Below are positions 1-9,701 of a DNA stretch of 64,000 bases, in pieces (position 1 is the first letter of the stretch; every line of letters starts with the position of its first letter). The DNA comes from a candidate division WOR-3 bacterium. GTDB lineage: Bacteria; Hydrothermota; Hydrothermia; JBDRYB01. The DNA lies in the NCBI GenBank assembly GCA_049969615.1, contig JBMFOM010000001.1, forward strand, positions 1-64,000, in the 5' to 3' direction. Both the position numbers and the translations under genes were made by a program. The notes under the pieces are model-generated. The model worked only from the letters and a program-made list of their open reading frames with translations, was not told where the DNA came from and ran no database searches.

Positions 1-128
1 GCTGACCCATCCGGGCTTTCTCAAACCAGGGGGGTATGCTGAGAATCAAAAATGAGCACATCCGGGGAAAGGATCACGCCTTTATGCCGATCTTGCCCCT
101 AGGCCGCGCCGGGCAATAAAATATAAGG

Positions 129-1088
129 GTGAGGCACATTGAGTTCCTCAGGGATTTCCCAAAGCTTGAGCTCAGGCCCTTCTACATATTTTCTGGCCAA
201 GAAACCCTGCCGGTTGACAGGTTCCTTGAAATGCTCCTGGAGAGGACAGGGGCGCGCGGGATAAAGAGATTCTATGGCGACGAACATGGGCCAGGAGATG
301 TGATAGCCGGCTCTTTCACGGGGCTTTTTGGGGAATCGTTCATCGCGCTGGTGACGGCCGCGGAAAAGATGAAGAACTGGAGCACACTACTCTCAGCGGC
401 CTTCATGCCCGAAAGGCCCCTGGTCATGATATTTGAAAGGGAGCTCAAGAAGAAAGAAGATCCCTTCAAGTTCCTCTCAAAGGGCCTCAGCAAACAGGAG
501 AACATTGGGGAAAAGGCATATCTGGTAGAACTTCCCCCACTGGACGAGGCCACCTTTACCGCGTGGGTGGCTCGGCAACTCAAATCCCTTGGAGTCAGAA
601 CCACCCCAGATACCCTGAGGGAGCTTGTGGAATCCCTGCCCAGGGGTCTCAGAAGGGCAAAAAATGAGCTGGTGAAGCTCTCCACATACCTGGGGGAGGA
701 AGAGCTCCGTTCAAGAGAGCAATTGAACAATATCCTGTCCCAGGATCCCGAAGCCGCTGAATACCGGATAACGGACAGCGCCATCTCTGGTAAAACCACT
801 CAGGTGCTTCGGGAAACCGATAATGGCATGGCCGTGGGGATGAAGCCGGACATCCTCATAGGCTCAATAGGCAAGGGATTATCCGCGATGGCGTGGGCAA
901 AGCTCGGTCAGAAGAACATGGTCAGGCCCTCATGGAAGACCAGGACATACGAGGAAATGGCGAGGTTCCTCACCGAGAGGGATACCCTAACTCTCATCGG
1001 GAAAAGCCTGCGAAGGGAAATGGGCACCAGACGAGGGCTCGATCCATATCTGTGTTTGGTGACGCTTCTCCTGGAATTGCGCAAATGA
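129..1088 (+). CDS. holA: DNA polymerase III subunit delta
   Basis: 319 aa; N-terminal LRPFYIFSGQE, TGLFG motif and NELVKLSTY helix typical of HolA; GTG start 6 nt after TAAAAT (117-122). Confidence 0.75.
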   Translation: MRHIEFLRDFPKLELRPFYIFSGQETLPVDRFLEMLLERTGARGIKRFYGDEHGPGDVIAGSFTGLFGESFIALVTAAEKMKNWSTLLSAAFMPERPLVMIFERELKKKEDPFKFLSKGLSKQENIGEKAYLVELPPLDEATFTAWVARQLKSLGVRTTPDTLRELVESLPRGLRRAKNELVKLSTYLGEEELRSREQLNNILSQDPEAAEYRITDSAISGKTTQVLRETDNGMAVGMKPDILIGSIGKGLSAMAWAKLGQKNMVRPSWKTRTYEEMARFLTERDTLTLIGKSLRREMGTRRGLDPYLCLVTLLLELRK

Positions 1089-2851
1089 TTGGATTTTGCT
1101 TGTTTTTGCTTGTAACCCAGGAACCAGAACCCCTTGAGGGGTTAACCCCGGAGGTGATCCTGGAGGAATATCTCAGGGCCGGGAATTACCAGGGCGCGAT
1201 CAAGGCGCTTGACAGCCTCTACACCCAAACGGGTGACCCAAAGTATCTCAGCCAACAAATAGACTACATGGCGAACCAGGGTTTCTACAAGGAGGCCATG
1301 AAAAAGGCTGATTGGGGCATCAAAAAGCACCCGGAGACATCACTTTTCTATCAACATGCCATCAGGCTCTCGTTTCACTACGGTTCAGAGCGTAAGACCA
1401 GGAGCCTGTCTTATGCCATGTTGAAAAGGTTTCCGGAGGATCCCGAGGCCGTGCACCTGGCAGGCATGGTCTTTGATAACCTAGGGATTAACGAGGAGGC
1501 CGAAAAGGCTTATCTGAGGGCCTGTGAGCTGGCGCCGGATTCGCCCGGCATCCTGGTTGATTACATATCCTTCCTGGTCAGAAACGAGCGGCCAGACGAA
1601 GCACTGCTCCTATGCCCAAGGGCAGAAATGCTCGTGGAAAAGGCGTGCTCGCTCTCGGTTGAAGAGGAAGGTGTCTCTAGCCTCCTTAACATCGGAGACC
1701 TGACATACCGATTGCGCTTGGTATGGGGATTTGCCTACGACAAACTGAATGGTTACGAGGACGCCAAACATCAATATAACCTTGCCCTTAAAGAAAAGCA
1801 AGGGGACAGGGCTGTCTCGCTAAAACTCGCTGAGATATACCTGAAAGAGGACAAACCGGACAGCGCTATAACCGTCCTGAACTATGCCATATCCAAAAAC
1901 AGGGGAGACGCTGGCCTGATGAAGGTGATGGGTCTTGCGCTTTATAACAACGGGGATTACCAGACTGCCCTTGCATATCTCAGTGCCGCGTCCACGCTCA
2001 ACCCATCCGATGATCAGACGCACTATTACCTCGCCAGGAGTCTATATGAGCTCAAGAAACCATGGGAAGCAACGAGGGAAATAGACGCGGCTGTCCGTCT
2101 GAATCCATCTGCCACTAACCTCGTCTACAAGGGATTCCTTCAAATATACACGGGATACATGGACGAGGGCTCAAGAACACTCCTGGCAGTAGCTGACAGT
2201 AACTCACCAGAAGCGTTCTCACTGCTGGGGGCGGCTATGGAGATACGAGGGAAAAACAGGCTCGCGGAGAAGTATTACCTGAAGGCCGCTGAGGCCGCGC
2301 CCGATGCCCCCGGAAAAACGCAAAAGCTCCTGAGCTTCCTCCGGGCCCACGGAAAGGAAAGGGAGATAGAGCCTTTCCTGAGACGCCTGACCGAGATAAA
2401 CCCCGATAACCCCTCTGCCTGGTACGAGCTGGCAATGTGGCACTCTGAGTATGGCGACCTCACGGTCTGCGATTATGCTTTTTCCCAGACAGAGAACCTG
2501 ATCCTCTCGGATACGGGGTGGACGAAAAGTCAGGAGACCGTGAACTTCCTAGCCGGTGTTCTGAACAACTGGGCATATACCCTCTCGGTCAGAGGCGGTG
2601 ACCTTGAAAAGGCGAGAAAGCTATCTCAGAGGGCCCAAGAGCTCTCACCGGACAACCCGGTCTACCTTGACACCCACGCCTGGATATATTTCAAGATGGG
2701 AGATAAGGAAAAGGCAAAGGCTTACATTGACAGGGCACTTTCGCTTCTGGAAGAGCCGGAGCCGGAGATATACAGCCACGCCGCGGAGATCTACAGGGCC
2801 CTGGGGATGGAAGATAAGGCGAAAGAATACGAGAGAAAGGCAAGAAAATAA
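1085..2851 (+). CDS. TPR-repeat protein, probably exported
   Basis: Many TPR-like helical repeats; LNNWAY and YLDTHAWIYFKMG motifs; ATG at 1085 overlaps the holA stop (ATGA), so preferred to the ORF-track start at 893. Confidence 0.8.
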   Translation: MIGFCLFLLVTQEPEPLEGLTPEVILEEYLRAGNYQGAIKALDSLYTQTGDPKYLSQQIDYMANQGFYKEAMKKADWGIKKHPETSLFYQHAIRLSFHYGSERKTRSLSYAMLKRFPEDPEAVHLAGMVFDNLGINEEAEKAYLRACELAPDSPGILVDYISFLVRNERPDEALLLCPRAEMLVEKACSLSVEEEGVSSLLNIGDLTYRLRLVWGFAYDKLNGYEDAKHQYNLALKEKQGDRAVSLKLAEIYLKEDKPDSAITVLNYAISKNRGDAGLMKVMGLALYNNGDYQTALAYLSAASTLNPSDDQTHYYLARSLYELKKPWEATREIDAAVRLNPSATNLVYKGFLQIYTGYMDEGSRTLLAVADSNSPEAFSLLGAAMEIRGKNRLAEKYYLKAAEAAPDAPGKTQKLLSFLRAHGKEREIEPFLRRLTEINPDNPSAWYELAMWHSEYGDLTVCDYAFSQTENLILSDTGWTKSQETVNFLAGVLNNWAYTLSVRGGDLEKARKLSQRAQELSPDNPVYLDTHAWIYFKMGDKEKAKAYIDRALSLLEEPEPEIYSHAAEIYRALGMEDKAKEYERKARK

Positions 2852-3131
2852 ATTTGCCGCGGGCCAAATGCCCAGATTGCAAACCATTTTGAGCCTGTCC
2901 CAGATTGAGGGATACTTCATATCATATAGGATCCGCTCCGGGCCTCATTCTTAGAATTGAGGGGCGTCAAAAAATCGTATTGTGAGAATGTGGATTATAA
3001 AGAGCCAGACATATTGTCCTGAGACCTGCCGAGGCCCAGCGCTCCAACAATCATCCCGGGCACATAGACCCGCGGTCAATCTTCAGCTTCCGTGCTTGCC
3101 CCTGTATGCGTCATTGCCCAATAATTAAACT

Positions 3132-4493
3132 ATGTTCAAGAGAGTCCTTGTCGCGAACAGAGGTGAGATAGCGGTTCGGATAATTTATGCCCTCCGGGAG
3201 ATGGGCCTTGAATCAGTGGCTATTTATTCTGACGCGGATGAAAACGCTATGCATGTTCAGCTCGCGGATTACTCAGTTAAGATAGGCCCCCCTCCACCGA
3301 GGGAGAGTTATCTGCATTATCACAGGGTCCTCGCGGCCGCGGAGGTCTCCGGCGCGGACGCGCTTCATCCCGGATATGGCTTCCTAGCGGAAAACCCTGA
3401 GTTTGCCAGGCTTGTCCGGGACCATGGCATAACCTTCATAGGTCCATCACCAGAGGCCATAGAGGACATGGGAGACAAAGCTAGGGCAAAGGAGGCCATG
3501 AAAAAGGCGGGCGTGCCTGTCGTGCCGGGGTCAGATGGGCCCATCGCCGACCTTGACCAGGCGAGAGAAATAGCTGAAAAAGCAGGGTATCCGGTTCTGC
3601 TGAAAGCGGTCTCCGGAGGCGGGGGAAGGGGCATGAGGATAGTAAAGGAACCTTCTGAGCTGGAAAAGCAGTTTCAATCTGCCGGTTCAGAGGCGGAGTC
3701 AGCTTTTGGCGACGGAAGGCTTTATCTGGAGAAATTGATCCTGAGACCGAGGCACATAGAGGTCCAGATACTCGCGGATTCCCACGGAAATGTCGTTTAT
3801 CTGGGAGAGAGGGAGTGTTCAATTCAGCGCAGGCATCAGAAGCTCATAGAGGAATCGCCCTCACCAGTCGTCTCACCTGAGACCAGAAAGCTCCTAGGCG
3901 AGTCCGCGACCCGCGGCGCCGCGGCAATCGGTTATGTCTCTGCTGGCACGGTTGAGTTCATCATGGACCAGGAGGGCAAATTTTATTTCATAGAGATGAA
4001 CACACGGGTCCAGGTTGAACACCCTGTCACAGAGATGGTCACGGGCAAGGACATAATCAAACAACAAATAAGGATAGCCCAGGGCGAAAAACTGGGTTTC
4101 TCTCAATCCGACATAGCAATTCGCGGCCACGCGATAGAGGCAAGGATAAACGCGGAGGCCCCACAGAGGGATTTCGCGCCCTCTCCGGGGACGATAAAGA
4201 CACTGCACAAGCCCGGTGGCCCAGGGATCAGGGTGGATTCGCATATTTATCAGGGATACAAGATCCCACCTTATTATGATTCCCTGCTCGCGAAGCTCAT
4301 AGCCCACGGCTCTGATAGGGACGAGGCCATAGCGAGGATGATGAGGGCGTTGGAGGAGTTCGTTATAGAAGGCGTCCCAACGACAATACCCTTCCACCAT
4401 GTCGTCATATCCTCCGAGGAATTCAGAAAGGGGGATTTTGATACGGGTTTCCTTGAAAGGTTTGATTACAAGGCAAAGATGAATGACCTATGA
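3132..4493 (+). CDS. accC: Acetyl-CoA carboxylase, biotin carboxylase subunit
   Basis: VLVANRGEIA, HPGYGFLAEN, GGGGRGMR, ERECSIQRRHQK, EMNTRVQVEHPVTE, YYDSLLAKLI. Confidence 0.95.
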   Translation: MFKRVLVANRGEIAVRIIYALREMGLESVAIYSDADENAMHVQLADYSVKIGPPPPRESYLHYHRVLAAAEVSGADALHPGYGFLAENPEFARLVRDHGITFIGPSPEAIEDMGDKARAKEAMKKAGVPVVPGSDGPIADLDQAREIAEKAGYPVLLKAVSGGGGRGMRIVKEPSELEKQFQSAGSEAESAFGDGRLYLEKLILRPRHIEVQILADSHGNVVYLGERECSIQRRHQKLIEESPSPVVSPETRKLLGESATRGAAAIGYVSAGTVEFIMDQEGKFYFIEMNTRVQVEHPVTEMVTGKDIIKQQIRIAQGEKLGFSQSDIAIRGHAIEARINAEAPQRDFAPSPGTIKTLHKPGGPGIRVDSHIYQGYKIPPYYDSLLAKLIAHGSDRDEAIARMMRALEEFVIEGVPTTIPFHHVVISSEEFRKGDFDTGFLERFDYKAKMNDL

Positions 4494-4498
4494 ACGGG

Positions 4499-4948
4499 CT
4501 AGAGGATGTCGCGCCTTCTGAATTGTTCGTAGTTTAGGTACTTCAAACCAAGCTTCTTGCACTCATTGATCGCATCGCCATCGTCTGAAATGAGATATAT
4601 CTCTTTGTAGCCTGCCATCAAGGCCAGGATCTGGGCTATGCCTTCTCGCTCCCCGCGTCCCAATCGCATAAGCGAATGGAGAACGGCCAGGTTATCCAAA
4701 TCCCGCACGGGAACCGGACACAGCCTTATTACTCTTTCCCATTTTTTCAAGAGCCTACCTAGCTTGTATCGTGTGTTATGCCTTCTGCCACACCTGACTT
4801 CGCCCTTCACGGCCTTTGGAATAAGCACAAGATCAAAAGAAACGAGAAAAAAATCAACGAATGCCTCATCCCTCACCTCCTCCCGATCCAACATCTTTAT
4901 GAGAATCATCGCATCAACAACAGCAACACGGCGAACAAACCGGGACAT
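4499..4948 (-). CDS. PIN-domain (DUF3368-like) putative ribonuclease
   Basis: VVDAMILI...IPKAVKGE...LGRGEREGI...ISDD acidic PIN pattern; ATG at 4948 overlaps the upstream stop (TGATG). Confidence 0.7.
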   Translation of the reverse strand: MSRFVRRVAVVDAMILIKMLDREEVRDEAFVDFFLVSFDLVLIPKAVKGEVRCGRRHNTRYKLGRLLKKWERVIRLCPVPVRDLDNLAVLHSLMRLGRGEREGIAQILALMAGYKEIYLISDDGDAINECKKLGLKYLNYEQFRRRDIL

Positions 4949-5445
4949 CACTTTTTCTTGGATACTTCTGAGAGACTCCACATGAGAAGCAATAAAAGTC
5001 CTATTGCAATCACTGCCCCAGCAACCTGGCCCTCAAGTCTGGCCTCGGTGCTATTCTTTACCTCCTGATTCAGAAGCCCCCAGAGAGAATAAGGTTGATA
5101 AGGTTCGTAACGCAAAATTTCTACACCCAGTCTTTCAATCTCGTGTAACAAACTGAGGCCTGTCCAATCCAAAGGCACCACTGCTTTAACGGGCACATTT
5201 TCTTCCAAAAGAAACATCATCTCGGCCCAGGTGTAGCGGTCCATTTCCGCATCAGGATCAGCCACCAAAAGAATGGCTTTCTTAGCCCTCTTGAGGTTGT
5301 AACGCACCTCCTTGGGGAGTTCTTCGCGCCTCCTCATTCTCGGGGGAATATATACCTTGAGTCCTTGGGAAGAGGCTATGGCCTTTACCTTGAAAGCCAG
5401 ATAGCCCGCGTCATCGTCCCCCTTGGGATAAAGCATGATCAGCAT
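4948..5445 (-). CDS. TIR/nucleoside 2-deoxyribosyltransferase-like domain protein with C-terminal transmembrane helix
   Basis: GLKVYIP and DRYTWAEMMFLLEENVPV have the spacing of the NDT/TIR DxxTxxE...PV catalytic helix; C-terminal AGAVIAIGLLLLLMW followed by KKK. Confidence 0.5.
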   Translation of the reverse strand: MLIMLYPKGDDDAGYLAFKVKAIASSQGLKVYIPPRMRRREELPKEVRYNLKRAKKAILLVADPDAEMDRYTWAEMMFLLEENVPVKAVVPLDWTGLSLLHEIERLGVEILRYEPYQPYSLWGLLNQEVKNSTEARLEGQVAGAVIAIGLLLLLMWSLSEVSKKK

Positions 5446-5514
5446 ATCTTAATTATACACCCCCAATTCACAGCTTCTCCAGAAACCTAAATCTAGATGG
5501 CCGGCTATGGAGAT

Positions 5515-6495
5515 TCACCTGACCTTCACCACCCTCCTGGTCTGCTCTCCCACGCGCAGGAGATAAACGCCTTCGGGGAGTTCCCTGAGGTCGTTGTTCC
5601 CAGCATAGAGCTTGGCTACGGGAACACCCACCGCGTTGTATAGGGTGGCATTCTCAAAGCCGGAAGGAAGGCTGAGGCTGAGTAAATCTTTGACCGGGTT
5701 AGGGGCAACGCGGAGCGATGGCCCGGGACCGGGTGGCTCAAGGGAACCAGTAGGTCTGCATGGTGGCGCGGACGCCCAGACAAAAACATTGATCATCAGG
5801 GTCATATTGTTATAATTGTAGATATAAGAGTTGTCCCAGATGTTTATGTCCCCAACGAGAAACACCCCACCCTTGTTGTCATCGCAACGGCCTGCCATCA
5901 AAGGGCTGGCCGATGACCAGGCTATGACCTCGGATGGGGAAGACGCGCTTATCGTGCCAGTCGCGGCGCCACAGGCAGAGGATACCCCGGAGAATATGGG
6001 CGCGTAAATAGGGTTTGCTGTGGTGGATGTTATGCAATCGCCGGGTGTTCCGACGCCAGCAGCCACGTTGAACCGGGAGAGGACAGGGTTCAGGTTGGGG
6101 TTCGGGCAACCAGTGTTGTCGCCCATAATAACGAGGGAGCCTCCCCTGTTCACGAAAGCAACAAGGCTGTCCGCCTCGGCCGAACTGTAGGCTGAGTTCC
6201 AGGCCGAACCTAGGCAAAGGACTATAACCCTGTATGGGCTCAGGTCTATGTTGTTCACGCCAGCCACGGTGGTCTCAGGGGCGTATCCGCGGCCGATCAG
6301 GGTATCCCGGAGAATGCTGAACCACCCGTTCAACCTGTAATCCAGGTATATCCCGTGGGTTTGGTCCCACAGGACACCGCCGGCCTTGTTTTCCGCACCA
6401 GCATTTTGCCCTGTCGTCGCGAGGGAAACCACTGAGAACTGAGAAACCTCCTGACCCGTGGTCAAGTCTATCGCTGTTAAAAGAACCAATATCAT
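5515..6495 (-). CDS. Secreted protein, GATase-like/DUF4350-like domain plus T9SS-type C-terminal domain
   Basis: Hydrophobic N-terminus; EADSLVAFVNRGGSLVIMGD; C-terminal VAPNPVKD...LPEGVYLLRV...RRVVKVR; GGAGG ribosome-binding site. Confidence 0.7.
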   Translation of the reverse strand: MILVLLTAIDLTTGQEVSQFSVVSLATTGQNAGAENKAGGVLWDQTHGIYLDYRLNGWFSILRDTLIGRGYAPETTVAGVNNIDLSPYRVIVLCLGSAWNSAYSSAEADSLVAFVNRGGSLVIMGDNTGCPNPNLNPVLSRFNVAAGVGTPGDCITSTTANPIYAPIFSGVSSACGAATGTISASSPSEVIAWSSASPLMAGRCDDNKGGVFLVGDINIWDNSYIYNYNNMTLMINVFVWASAPPCRPTGSLEPPGPGPSLRVAPNPVKDLLSLSLPSGFENATLYNAVGVPVAKLYAGNNDLRELPEGVYLLRVGEQTRRVVKVR

Positions 6496-6602
6496 ATCAC
6501 ACCTCCACTTATAGGTTCACATTATAAGGCTGGACCGCGGGTGGAATCATTCAAGAGACATGGGGCTAAACCGGGAACGGAGCGGGTGCGTCGCACTCGC
6601 TC

Positions 6603-9272
6603 CTATTTCCCCATGACATACATCTCGTAAATGAACCTGGACGGCTCAAAATATCGGCCCCTGCTGCGCTTGGGATATGTGATGTATAGCTCTTCAAGCG
6701 CTCTGGTTACCGCGACATAGCAAAGCCTCCTCTCCTCAGCCATATCAGAAGGCTTTGTGAGCGCGGCACCAGAAGGGAAAAGGCCCTCTGCCATCCCCGT
6801 GAGAAAGACAATGGGAAACTCAAGCCCTTTAGCACCGTGGAGGGTCAAAAGCCTCACGCCCCCAGCGCCACGGACCTTCGCGGAGAGTTCCTGGCTCAGA
6901 GCAATGTGGGAGAGAAGACGCCTCGTGCCTCCCTTGCCAAAACCGGCCGCGAGAAACAGAAGTTCCTCTATGTTATCTCTCTCCATTATCCTGCCGGGGG
7001 TGTGTGCGTCCCCGAAAACCCTTGAATAACCTGTGAAATCATAGAAACGGCGCAGGAGTTCCTGAGGGGAAAGGTTCTCATATTCGCCCGGCCCAATGTC
7101 GTTGATGTATCTCCATAGGGCATCCAGGGCTAGGAGCTTATCCTCTGGAAGTTTCTTGCTCATTGTCGGCCTAGGCTTCTGCCTAAAACCTTGGGTGGCC
7201 AATTTTATCTCTTCACCCTTGAAACCGAGGAAATGCTTGAGCATAAGGGCAAAATCCTCACGCTCGCGCTGACCAGAAATAAACCGAAGGAAAGCGAGGG
7301 AAGCCCTGACCTCCGGCCTCCTGTAGAAGCTGGAGGCTCCTTCCATGTTGAAGGGAATTCTGCGCCTTGAGAAAGCGTCTTCAAAAGCCCTCGCCTGCGC
7401 GTTCATCCTGAAAAGAACACCAAAGTCCTCCGGATTCCTGCCCTCGTCCAGAAGCCTTTCCACCGTATCTGCGGCAAATGAGGCCTCATTGTCCGGATCA
7501 TCAAGCGCGACAAGGTGAACAACCTCCCTGTCTGCTCTCCTTATTGCAAAAACTGGGGAGGGTGGATCCGGATTATGGGCTATCAGGTTCCTGGCAAGGG
7601 AAAGTATCTCCTCATAGCTACGATAACTCCTGTTCAGACTAATTCTGTGCGGCTTGAAACGTTCCGCAAAAGCATTAAGGAACCTTGGAGAAGCGCCGCG
7701 AAATCCGTATATTGCCTGGAGGGGATCGCCCGTCGCCGTAAGCCATGCCCCACCCTCTGCCAAGGCCATTATGAGGCGGTACTGGGCCATGTTGAGGTCC
7801 TGAAACTCGTCAACCAGTATGAGCCGAAAAATTTTTCCCAGGTCATCCATGAGATCAGGGTTATCCCGGAGCGCCTGTCCAGCGCGCATTATGACATCGT
7901 CGTAATCCAGAGCACCCCAGGAAAAAAGAGCCGCCTGGTATCTCTCATAAAAACCCGCTACTCTTTTCTGCCAGGGGGTCTCCGCCCTCTCCTTGTATAC
8001 ACTGGGACCGATGAGATTGGACTTGGCTTTTGAAATTTCCCGGAGAATCGCGCCCGCCTGACGCTCCGAACCAGCGAGCTCACGCATGATCTTCAAACAG
8101 CTTTCCTGATCGAGGATTAGGAAATCCTCCGGAAAACCCTCCCGCTCAGCAACGGCAGAGAATATGCGGCCAGCGAGATAGTGCAGGGTGCCGACCCACA
8201 TCCTCCTTATCTCGCTCTCGGAGAGAAGGGGCAGGAGCTTTTCGCGGAGCTCACCCGCGCCACGGCCCGTGAATGTTGAGAGAAATACGGATTCTGGGGT
8301 AAAACCCTTCTCCCGGATGAACCACGCGGCCCTGGCCGCGATGCAGGTTGTCTTGCCGGTTCCGGCGCCACCAAGGATGAGAAGATGGCCCTCGTGTTGA
8401 ACCGCCTCGGCCTGCTCCGGTGAAAGCCCAACCAGGATTGGAGAGGCCGGCTTTGGTTCCTCTACCGGCCTGCCCATATCCACTACAGCATGCTGGATAG
8501 AAGATGATTCAAGGAACTCATCAAGCATGGCCTTTGCTGAGGCAGGCCGTTTCTCTGGAGAGGGATCAAGCGCCATAGTCAGGAAACGGTTAAGCCCTTG
8601 AGAGAGCTTTGGAATCGGTTTCGGCCTAGAAGAGACCATTTTCTTCCGCAAGCCTTCGTAGCTTTCATCCCAGAATGGTGGATGACCAGCCAAACACTCG
8701 TATATGACCGCGGCCGCGCTCCAAAGGTCGGATTGGGGAAAAGCATGGCCCTCCCAGACCTCCGGCGCCATGTAGAGGGGTGTCCCAGCCATGGAAGCGG
8801 AAAATCCTTCCTTTGAGATAATCGCGGCAAGGCCAAAATCCGTCAGCTTCACCCTCTCGCCTTCGGCCAAAAGGACATTCTCCGGTTTTATGTCCCTGTG
8901 AATTATTCCCCTCTCGTGCGCGTATTGGAGACCGGTGAGGATTCCTGTTGCTATGCGTATAGTTCTCGGCAGAGAAAGGGAACCTTCGTCAATGAGGCTC
9001 CGGAGGCTCTTGCCCTCAACATATTCCATTACCAGAACGAGCTTCTCATCTATGAGATCAGCGGAATAGAACCGGACTATGTTGGGATGATCCAGGGAAG
9101 CGAGGACCCGAGCCTCTGCCATCATGGCCTCTGCCTCGCGTTGCTTGGCACGGGATACCTTTATCGCGAATTCCCTCTGGATGATGGTGTCCAGCGCGAG
9201 AAAAACATCCGCGAACTGACCCCCTCCTATCCAGGAGAGAATTTCAAACTTACCAAACCTTTGCTGGATCAA
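6603..9272 (-). CDS. Ser/Thr protein kinase fused to UvrD/PcrA superfamily-1 DNA helicase
   Basis: Kinase motifs GGGQFADV, AIK, HRDIKPEN, DFG, GTPLYMAPE; helicase motifs GGAGTGKT, LVDEFQD, GDPLQAIYGFRGA, SYRS, TLHGAKGLEF, EERRLCYVAVTRA; TTG at 9272 lies 6 nt after TATAAT. Confidence 0.9.
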   Translation of the reverse strand: MIQQRFGKFEILSWIGGGQFADVFLALDTIIQREFAIKVSRAKQREAEAMMAEARVLASLDHPNIVRFYSADLIDEKLVLVMEYVEGKSLRSLIDEGSLSLPRTIRIATGILTGLQYAHERGIIHRDIKPENVLLAEGERVKLTDFGLAAIISKEGFSASMAGTPLYMAPEVWEGHAFPQSDLWSAAAVIYECLAGHPPFWDESYEGLRKKMVSSRPKPIPKLSQGLNRFLTMALDPSPEKRPASAKAMLDEFLESSSIQHAVVDMGRPVEEPKPASPILVGLSPEQAEAVQHEGHLLILGGAGTGKTTCIAARAAWFIREKGFTPESVFLSTFTGRGAGELREKLLPLLSESEIRRMWVGTLHYLAGRIFSAVAEREGFPEDFLILDQESCLKIMRELAGSERQAGAILREISKAKSNLIGPSVYKERAETPWQKRVAGFYERYQAALFSWGALDYDDVIMRAGQALRDNPDLMDDLGKIFRLILVDEFQDLNMAQYRLIMALAEGGAWLTATGDPLQAIYGFRGASPRFLNAFAERFKPHRISLNRSYRSYEEILSLARNLIAHNPDPPSPVFAIRRADREVVHLVALDDPDNEASFAADTVERLLDEGRNPEDFGVLFRMNAQARAFEDAFSRRRIPFNMEGASSFYRRPEVRASLAFLRFISGQREREDFALMLKHFLGFKGEEIKLATQGFRQKPRPTMSKKLPEDKLLALDALWRYINDIGPGEYENLSPQELLRRFYDFTGYSRVFGDAHTPGRIMERDNIEELLFLAAGFGKGGTRRLLSHIALSQELSAKVRGAGGVRLLTLHGAKGLEFPIVFLTGMAEGLFPSGAALTKPSDMAEERRLCYVAVTRALEELYITYPKRSRGRYFEPSRFIYEMYVMGK

Positions 9273-9314
9273 GAGTAAATTATAATGGTTCCCGATGTAT
9301 AGGTTCCCCACAGG

Positions 9315-9551
9315 CTATTTCTGCATCTGGGCGATAAGATCATCCGGATCAAAAGAAGCCCAACAGATCTTAGAAAGTTCAAAACCGTCATCACGCCATT
9401 TGGCGTTGATGATCTTTATGCCCTTTTCCTGAATCCTCTCAACCGCTGGAACAAAATCCGCGTCGTTCGTGACCAGTATACCCACATCATAGACATTTTC
9501 CCAGGCAGAAGTAAAAAGGTGGGTTACGACGTGGGCATCAATCCCATTTTC
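9315..9551 (-). pseudogene. C-terminal half of a NYN (LabA/DUF88) domain nuclease gene
   Basis: ENGID...YDVGILVTNDADFVPAVERIQEKG...LSKICW; no N-terminal FIDGxN motif; homology stops where the repeat at about 9552 begins. Confidence 0.7.
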
Positions 9552-9690
9552 GGCGCTGGCAATAGTGATCGCCTCCCTTGGCCCTATACAAGTTGGAGCA
9601 AGGGTTGGTGGTTCCAGAGCAAAAATTGAGCTTCTCAAGTTATGACAAGGGCCACGGTTATTCTAAGACCATTTGAGGAAGGGAACACTG
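9552..9690 (+). repeat. Dispersed intergenic repeat family A, copy 1
   Basis: GTTGGAGCAAGG...GAGCAAAAATTGAGCTTCTCAAGTTATGACAAGGGCCACG...AAGACCATTTGAGGAA shared with 14465-14625 (reverse) and 43770-43867. Confidence 0.85.
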
Positions 9691-9701
9691 ACAATACCCG
9701 G

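Noticed and set aside
893-1084. ORF-track N-terminal extension of the TPR protein (also the extensions at 9311, 11117, 10919, 20944, 41562, 41592, 43951, 45889)
   Set aside because: They overlap neighbouring genes, promoters or repeats; downstream starts have a ribosome-binding site, -10 box or stop/start overlap
2852-3095. Intergenic region with IS-end-like GGGGCGTCAAAAAATC
   Set aside because: No partner inverted repeat or convincing second copy found by eye
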